A stretch of 64,000 nucleotides of DNA, taken from contig OZ024740.1 in NCBI GenBank assembly GCA_964016885.1, positions 13,950,001-14,014,000 on the forward strand, read 5' to 3'. Positions 55,301 to 64,000 of this stretch are shown here, one piece after another; position 1 is the stretch's first letter, and each line of letters starts with the position of its first letter. Below the pieces are notes generated by a model. That model was given only the letters and a program-made list of their open reading frames with translations. It had not been told where the DNA came from and searched no databases. A program made the translations under genes and the position numbers. This DNA comes from Eledone cirrhosa. Lineage: Eukaryota.

Positions 55301-58300
55301 GATAGGGTGATATGGTAGAGATAGGGTGGTGTGGTAGAGAAAGTGTGGTATGGCAGAGATAGGGTGGTATGGCAGAGATAGGGTGGTGTGGTAGAGATAG
55401 GGTGATATGGTAGAGATAGGGTGGTATGGCAGAGAAAGGGTGGTATGGTAGAGATAGGGTGGTGTGGTAGAGATAGCGTGATATGGTAGAGATAGGGTAG
55501 TGTGGTAGAGAAAGGGTGGTATGGCAGAAATAGGGTGGTATGGTAGAGATAGGGTGGTGTGGTAGAGATAGGGTGATATGGTAGAGATAGGGTGGTATGG
55601 CAGAGATAGGGTGGTATGGCAGAGATAGGGTGGTGTGGCAGAGATAGGGTGGTATGGCAGAGATAGGGTGGTGTGGTAGAGATAGGGTGGTATGGCAGAG
55701 ATAGGGTGGTGTGGTAGAGATAGGGTGGTATGGCAGAGATAGGGTGGTGTGGTAGAGATAGGGTGGTTTGGTAGAGATAGGGTGGTCTGTTAGAGATAGG
55801 GTGGTATGGCAGAGATAGGGTGGTATGGTAGAGATAGGGTGGTGTGGTAGAGAAAGGGTGGTATGGTAGAGATAGGGTGGTATGGCAGAGTTAGGGTAGT
55901 GTGGTAGAGATAGGGTGGTATGGTAGAGATAGGGTGGTGTGGTAGAGATAGGGTGGTGTGGTAGAGATAGGGTGGTATGGCAGAGATAGGGTGGTGTGGC
56001 AGTGATAGGGTGGTGTGGTAGAGATAGGGTGGTGTGGTAGAGATAGGGTGGTATGGTAGAGATAGGGTGGTGTGGTAGAGATAGTGTGGTGTGGTAGAGA
56101 TAGGGTGGTATGGCAGAGATAGGGTGGTATGGCAGAGAGAGGGTGGTGTGGTAGAGATAGGGTGATATGGTAGAGTTGGGTGGTATGGCAGAGAAAGGGT
56201 GGTATGGTAGAGATAGGGTGGTGTGGTAGAGATAGGGTGATATGATAGAGATAGGGTGGTATGGTAGAGAAAGGGTGGTATGGCAGAGATAGCGTGGTGT
56301 GGTAGAGATAGGGTGGTATGGTAGAGATAGGGTGGTATGGTAGAGATAGGGTGGTCTGTTAGAGATAGGGTGGTATGGCAGAGATAGGGTGGTATGGTAG
56401 AGGTAGGGTGGTGTGGTAGAGAAAGGGTGGTATGGTAGAGATAGGGTGGTATGGCAGAGTTAGGGTGGTGTGGTAGAGATAGGGTGGTATGGTAGAGATG
56501 GGGTGGTGTGGTAGAGATAGGGTGGTGTGGTAGAGATAGGGTGGTATGGCAGAGATAGGGTGGTGTGGCAGAGATAGGGTGGTGTGGTAGAGATAGGGTG
56601 GTGTGGTAGAGATAGGGTGGTATGGTAGAGATAGGGTGGTGTGGTAGAGATAGTGTGGTGTGGTAGAGATAGGGTGGTATGGCAGAGATAGGGTGGTGTG
56701 GCAGAGATAGGGTGGTGTGGCAGAGATAGGGTGGTATGGCAGAGATAGGGTGGTGTGGCAGAGATAGGGTGGTATGGTAGAGATAGGGTGGTATGGTAGA
56801 GATAGGGTGGTGTGGTAGAGATAGGGTGATGTGGTAGAGAAAGGGTGGTATGGCAGAGATAGGGTGGTGTGGTAGAGATAGGGTGATATGGTAGAGATAG
56901 GGTGGTGTGGTAGAGAAAGGGTGGTATGGCAGAGATAGGGTGGTATGGCAGAGATAGGGTGGTGTGGTAGAGATAGGGTGATATGGTAGAGATAGGGTGG
57001 TATGGCAGAGAAAGGGTGGTATGGCAGAGATAGGGTGGTATGGTAGAGATAGGGTGGTGTGGTAGAGATAGGGTGATATGATAGAGATAGGGTGGTGTGG
57101 TAGAGAAAGGGTGGTATGGCAGAGATAGGGTGGTATGGTAGAGATAGGGTGGTGTGGTAGAGATAGTGTGATATGGTAGAGATAGGGTGGTATGGCAGAG
57201 ATAGGTGGTATGGCAGAGATAGGGTGGTGTGGCAGAGATAGGGTGGTATGGCAGAGATAGGTTGGTGTGGTAGAGAAAGGGTGGTATGGCAGAGATAGGG
57301 TGGTATGGTAGAGATAGGGTGGTGTGGTAGAGATAGGGTGATATGGTAGAGATAGGGTGGTGTGGTAGAGAAAGTGTGGTATGGCAGAGATAGGGTGGTA
57401 TGGCAGAGATAGGTTGGTGTGGTAGAGATAGGGTGGTGTGGTAGAGATGGGGTGGTGTGGTAGAGATAGGGTGGTGTGGTAGAGATAGGGTGGTGTGGTA
57501 GATATAGGGTGATATGGTAGTGATAGGGTGGTATGGCAGAGAGATAGTGTGGTATGGCAGAGATAGGGTGGTATGGCAGAGATAGGTTGGTGTGGTAGAG
57601 ATAGGGTGGTGTGGTAGAGATGGGGTGGTGTGGTAGAGATAGGGTGGTGTGGTAGAGATAGGGTGGTGTGGTAGAGATAGGGTGGTTTGGTAGAGATAGG
57701 GTGGTATGGTAGAGATAGGGTGGTGTGGTAGAGATAGGGTGGTATGGTAGAGGTAGGGTGGTTTGGTAGAGATAAGGTGGTCTGTTAGAGATAGGGTGGT
57801 ATGGCAGAGATAGGGTGGTATGATAGAGATAGGGTGGTGTGGTAGAGATAGGGTGGTATGGCAGAGTTAGTGTGGTGTGGTAGAGATAGGGTGGTATGGT
57901 AGAGATAGGGTGGTGTGTTAGAGATAGGGTGGTGTGGTAGAGATAGGGTGGTGTGGTAGAGATAGGGTGGTGTGGTAGAGATAGGGTGGTGTGGTAGAGA
58001 TAGGGTGATGTGGTAGAGAAAGGGTGGTATGGCAGAGATAGGGTGGTGTGGTTGAGAAAGGGTGGTATGGCAGAGATAGGGTGGTATGGTAGAGATAGGG
58101 TGGTGTGGTAGTGATAGGGTGATATGGTAGAGATAGGGTGATATGGTAGAGATAGGGTGGTATGGCAGAGATAGGGTGGTATGGCAGAGATAGGGTGGTG
58201 TGGCAGAGATAGGGTGGTATGGCAGAGATAGGGTGGTGTGGTAGAGATAGGGTGGTGTGGTAGAGATAGGGTGATATGGTAGAGTTGGGTGGTATGGCAG

Positions 58301-61300
58301 AGAAAGGGTGGTATGGCAGAGATAGGGTGGTATGGTAGAGATAGGGTGGTGTGGTAGTGATAGGGTGATATGGTAGAGATAGGGTGGTGTGGTAGAGAAA
58401 GGGTGGTATGGCAGAGATAGCGTGGTATGGTAGAGATAGGGTGGTGTGGTAGAGATAGGGTGATATGGTAGAGATAGGGTGGTATGGCAGAGATAGGGTG
58501 GTATGGCAGAGATAGGTTGGTCTGTTAGAGATAGGGTGGTATGGCAGAGATAGGGCGGTGTGGTAGAGATAGGGTGGTATGGTAGAGATAGGGTGGTATG
58601 GCAGAGATAGGGTGGTGTGGTAGAGATAGAGTGGTATGGTAGAGATAGGGTGGTATGGCAGAGATAGGTTGGTGTGGTAGAGATAGGGTGGTGTGGCAGA
58701 GATAGGACGGTGTGGTATAGATAGGGTGGTGTGGTAGAGATAGGGTGGTGTGGCAGAGATAGTGTGGTATGGTAGAGATAGCGTGGTGTGGTAGAGATAG
58801 GGTGATATGGTAGAGATAGGGTGGTGTGGTAGAGAAAGGGTGGTGTGGCAGAGATAGGGTGGTGTGGCAGAGAGAGATAGGGTGGTATGGCAGAGATGGG
58901 GTGGTGTGGTAGAGAAAGGGTGATGTGGTAGAGATAGGGTGATATGGTAGAGATAGGTTGGTGTGGCAGAGATAGCGTGGTGTGGTAGAGATAGGGTGAT
59001 ATGGTAGAGATGGGTGGTGTGGTAGAGATAGGGTGGTGTGGTAGAGATAGGGTGGTGTGGTAGAGATAGGGTGGTATGGCAGAGATAGGGTGGTGTGGTA
59101 GAGATAGGGTGGTGTGGTAGAGATAGGGTGATGTGGTAGAGAAAGGGTGGTATGGCAGAGATAGGGTGGTGTGGTAGAGATAGGGTGATATGGTAGAGAT
59201 TGGGTGGTGTGGTAGAGAAAGTGTGGTATGGCAGAGATAGGGTGGTATGGCAGAGATAGGGTGGTGTGGTAGAGATAGGGTGATATGGTAGAGATAGGGT
59301 GGTATGGCAGAGAAAGGGTGGTATGGTAGAGATAGGGTGGTGTGGTAGAGATAGCGTGATATGGTAGAGATAGGGTAGTGTGGTAGAGATAGTGTGGTAT
59401 GGTAGAGATAGGGTGGTGTGGTAGAGATAGGGTGGTGTGGTAGAGATAGGGTGGTATGGCAGAGATAGGGTGGTGTGGCCGAGATAGGGTGGTGTGGTAG
59501 AGATAGGGTGGTGTGGTAGAGATAGGGTGGTATGGTAGAGATAGGGTGGTGTGGTAGAGATAGTGTGGTGTGGTAGAGATAGGGTGGTATGGCAGAGATA
59601 GGGTGGTGTGGCAGAGATAGGGTGGTGTGGCAGAGATAGGGTGGTACGGCAGAGATAGGGTGGTGTGGCAGAGATAGGGTGGTATGGTAGAGATAGGGTG
59701 GTATGGTAGAGATAGGGTGGTGTGGTAGAGATAGGGTGATGTGGTAGAGAAAGGGTGGTATGGCAGAGATAGGGTGGTGTGGTAGAGATAGGGTGATATG
59801 GTAGAGATAGGGTGGTGTGGTAGAGAAAGGGTGGTATGGCAGAGATAGGGTGGTATGGCAGAGATAGGGTGGTGTGGTAGAAATAGGGTGATATGGTAGA
59901 GATAGGGTGGTATGGCAGAGAAAGGGTGGTATGGCAGAGATAGGGTGGTATGGTAGAGATAGGGTGGTGTGGTAGAGATAGGGTGATATGATAGAGATAG
60001 GGTGGTATGGTAGAGAAAGGGTGGTATGGCAGAGATAGCGTGGTATGGTAGAGATAGGGTGGTGTGGTAGAGATAGTGTGAAATGGTAGAGATAGGGTGG
60101 TATGGCAGAGATAGGTGGTATGGCAGAGATAGGGTGGTATGGCAGAGATAGGATGGTGTGGTAGAAATAGGGTGATATGGTAGAGATAGGGTGGTATGGC
60201 AGAGAAAGGGTGGTATGGCAGAGATAGGGTGGTATGGTAGAGATAGGGTGGTGTGGTAGAGATAGGGTGATATGGTAGAGATAGGGTGGTGTGGTAGAGA
60301 AAGGGTGGTATGGCAGAGATAGCGTGGTATGGTAGAGATAGGGTGGTGTGGTAGAGATAGGGTGATATGGTAGAGATAGGGTGGTATGGCAGAGATAGGG
60401 TGGTATGGCAGAGATAGGGTGGTATGGCAGAGATAGGTTGGTGTGGTAGAGATAGGGTGGTGTGGTAGAGATGGGGTGGTGTGGTAGAGATAGGGTGGTT
60501 TGGTAGAGATAGGGTGGTATGGTAGAGATAGGGTGGTGTGGTAGAGATAGGGTGGTATGGTAGAGATAGGGTGGTTTGGTAGAGATAGGGTGGTCTGTTA
60601 GAGATAGGGTGGTATGGCAGAGATAGGGTGGTATGATAGAGATAGGGTGGTGTGGTAGAGATAGGGTGGTATGGCAGAGTTAGGGTGGTGTGGTAGAGAT
60701 AGGGTGGTATGGTAGAGATAGGGTGGTGTGGTAGAGATAGGGTGGTGTGGTAGAGATAGGGTGGTGTGGTGGAGATAGGGTGGTGTGGTAGAGATAGGGT
60801 GGTATGGCAGAGATAGGGTGGTGTGGTAGAGATAGGGTGGTGTGGTAGAGATAGGGTGATGTGGTAGAGAAAGGGTGGTATGGCAGAGATAGGGTGGTGT
60901 GGTAGAGAAAGGGTGGTATGGCAGAGATATGGTGGTATGGTAGAGATAGGGTGGTGTGGTAGAGATAGGGTGATATGGTAGAGATAGTTTGGTGTGGTAG
61001 AGAAAGGGTGGTATGGCAGAGATAGGGTGGTATGGTAGAGATAGGGTGGTGTGGTAGAGATAGGGTGATATGGTAGAGATAGGGTGGTATGGCAGAGATA
61101 GGGTGGTATGGCAGAGATAGGGTGGTGTGGCAGAGATAGGGTGGTATGGCAGAGATAGGGTGGTGTGGTAGAGATAGGGTGGTATGGCAGAGATAGGGTG
61201 GTGTGGTAGAGATAGGGTGGTATGGCAGAGATAGGGTGGTGTGGTAGAGATAGGGGGGTTTGGTAGAGATAGGGTGGTCTGTTACAGATAGGGTGGTATG

Positions 61301-64000
61301 GCAGAGATAGGGTGGTATGGTAGAGATAGGGTGGTGTGGTAGAGAAAGGGTGGTATGGTAGAGATAGGGTGGTATGGCAGAGTTAGGGTGGTGTGTTAGA
61401 GATAGGGTGGTATGGTAGAGATAGGGTGGTGTGGTAGAGATAGGGTGGTGTGGTAGAGATAGGGTGGTATGGCAGAGATAGGGTGGTGTGGCAGAGACAG
61501 GGTGGTGTGGTAGAGATAGGGTGGTGTGGTAGATATAGGGTGGTATGGTAGAGATAGGGTGGTGTGGTAGAGATAGTGTGGTGTGGTAGAGATAGGGTGG
61601 TATGGTAGAGATAGGGTGGTGTGGCAGAGATAGGGTGGTGTGGCAGAGATAGGGTGGAGTGGCAGAGATAGGGTGGTATGGTAGAGATAGGGTGGTATGG
61701 TAGAGATAGGGTGGTGTGGTAGAGATAGGGTGGTATGGCAGAGTTAGGGTGGTGTGTTAGAGATAGGGTGGTATGGTAGAGATAGGGTGGTGTGGTAGAG
61801 ATAGGGTGGTGTGGTAGAGATAGTGTGGTATGGCAGAGATAGGGTGGTGTGGCAGAGATAGGGTGGTGTGGTAGAGATAGGATGGTGTGGTAGAGATAGG
61901 GAATTGTGGCAGAGATAGGGTGGTATGGTAGAGATAGGGTGGTATGATAGAGATAGCGTGGTGTGGTAGAGATAGGGTGGTATGGTAGAGATAGGTTGGT
62001 GTGGTAGAGATAGGGTGGTGTGGTAGAGATAGGGTGGTATGGTAGAGATAGGTTGGTGTGGTAGAGATAGGGTGGTGTGGTAGAGATAGGGTGGTGTGGT
62101 AGAGATAGGGTGGTGTGGTAGAGATAGGGTGGTATGGTAGAGATAGGGTGGTGTGGCAGAGTAAGGGTGGTATCGTAGAGATAGGGTGGTATGGCAGAGA
62201 TAGGGTGGTGTGGTAGAGATAGGGTGATATGGTAGAGATAGGGTGGTATGGCAGAAAAAGGGTGGTATGGCAGAGATAGGGTGGTATGGTAGAGATAGGG
62301 TGGTGTGGTAGAGATAGGGTTATATGGTAGAGATAGGGTGGTGTGGTAGAGAAAGGGTGGTATGGCAGAGATAGCGTGGTATGGTAGAGATAGGGTGGTG
62401 TGGAAGAGATAGGGTGATATGGTAGAGATAGGGTGGTATGGCAGAGATAGGGTGGTATGGCAGAGATAGGGTGGTATGGCAGAGATAGGTTGGTGTGGTA
62501 GAGATAGGGTGGTGTGGTAGAGATGGGGTGGTGTGGTAGAGATAGGGTGGTGTGGTAGAGATAGGGTGGTGTGGTAGAGATAGGATGGTTTGGTAGAGAT
62601 AGGGTGGTATGGTAGAGATAGGGTGGTATGGCAGAGATAGGTTGGTGTGGTAGAGATAGGGTGGTGTGGTAGAGATGGGGTGGTGTGGTAGAGATAGGGT
62701 GGTGTGGTAGAGATAGGGTGGTGTGGTAGAGATAGGATGGTTTGGTAGAGATAGGGTGGTATGGTAGAGATAGGGTGGTGTGGTAGAGATAGGGTGGTAT
62801 GGTAGAGATAGGGTGGTTTAGTAGAGATAAGGTGGTCTGTTAGAGATAGGGTGGTATGGCAGAGATAGGGTGGTATGGTAGAGATAGGGTGGTGTGGTAG
62901 AGAAAGTGTGGTATGGTAGAGATAGGGTGGTATGGCAGAGTTAGGGTGGTGTGGTAGAGATAGGGTGGTATGGTAGAGATAGGGTGGTGTGGTAGAGATA
63001 GGGTGATGTGGTAGAGATAGGGTGGTATGGCAGAGATAGGGTGGTGTGGCAGAGATAGGGTGGTGAGGTAGAGATAGGGTGGTGTGGTAGAGATAGGGTG
63101 GTATGGTAGAGATAGTGTGGTGTGGTAGATATAGGGTGGTATGGCAGAGATAGGGTGGTGTGGCAGAGATAGGGTGGTGTGGCAGAGATAGGGTGGTATG
63201 GCAGAGATAGGGTGGTGTGGCAGAGATAGGGTGGTATGGTAGAGATAGGGTGGTATGGTAGAGATAGCGTGGTGTGGTAGAGATAGGGTGGTATGGCAGA
63301 GTTAGGGTGGTGTGGTAGATATAGGGTGGTATGGAAGAGATAGGGTGGTGTGGTAGAGATAGGGTGGTGTGGTAGAGATAGGGTGGTATGGCAGATATAG
63401 GGTGGTGTGGCAGAGATAGGGTGGTGTGGTAGAGATAGGGTGGTGTGGTAGAGATAGGGTGGTATGGTAGAGATAGGGTGGTGTGGTAGAGATAGGGTGG
63501 TGTGGTAGAGATAGGGTAATATGCTAGAGATATGGTGGTATGGCAGAGAAAGGGTGGTATGGCAGAGATAGGGTGGTATGGTAGAGATAGGGTGGTGTGG
63601 TAGAGATAGGGTGATATGGTAGAGATAGGGTGGTGTGGTTGAGAAAGGGTGGTATGGCAGAGATAGCGTGGTATGGTAGAGATAGGGTGGTGTGGTAGAG
63701 AAAGGGTGGTAGGGTAGAGGTAGGGTGGTATGGTAGAGATAGGGTGTTGTGGCAGAGATAGGGTGGTATGGTAGAGATAGGGTGGTATGATAGAGATAGC
63801 GTGGTGTGGTAGAGATAGGGTGGTATGGTAGAGATAGGTTGGTGTGGTAGAGATAGGGTGGTGTGGTAGAGATAGGGTGGTATGGTAGAGATAGGTTGGT
63901 GTGGTAGAGATAGTGTGGTGTGGTAGAGATAGGGTGGTGTGGTAGAGATAGGGTGGTGTGGTAGAGATAGGGTGGTATGGTAGAGATAGGGTGGTGTGGC
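43374..64000. repeat. 19-bp G-rich tandem satellite, consensus GGYAGAGATAGGGTGGTRT, more than 1080 copies
   Basis: Continuous head-to-tail monomers to the right window edge; 19-aa periodicity of minus-strand ORFs (three monomers per 19 codons). Confidence 0.99.

Overview
Eukaryotic, gene-poor repetitive DNA. The SINE families and dense (TA)/(CA) microsatellites suggest a cephalopod (Octopus-like) genome; this is inference. There are three zones. (1) 1-29838: a 42-bp tandem satellite (about 710 monomers) with nested higher-order repeats of about 0.65, 1.2, 1.9, 2.0-2.2 and 7.93 kb, plus a block repeated 25,224 bp away. (2) About 29.8-43.4 kb: a microsatellite-rich island holding a Neptune-type Penelope-like GIY-YIG endonuclease ORF, RTE, R4/Dong and possible L1/Tx1 LINE fragments, tRNA-derived SINEs, a Helitron-like element, a MITE and several long palindromes. 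It also contains eight minimal type-I hammerhead ribozyme motifs, on both strands, in short unrelated modules mostly bounded by microsatellites. (3) 43374-64000: a G-rich 19-bp satellite with a 2,869-bp higher-order unit. Almost all ORFs in the track are repeat artefacts. No host gene, rRNA, true tRNA or CRISPR array is supported. Coordinates were read by eye, and element boundaries inside microsatellites are approximate.
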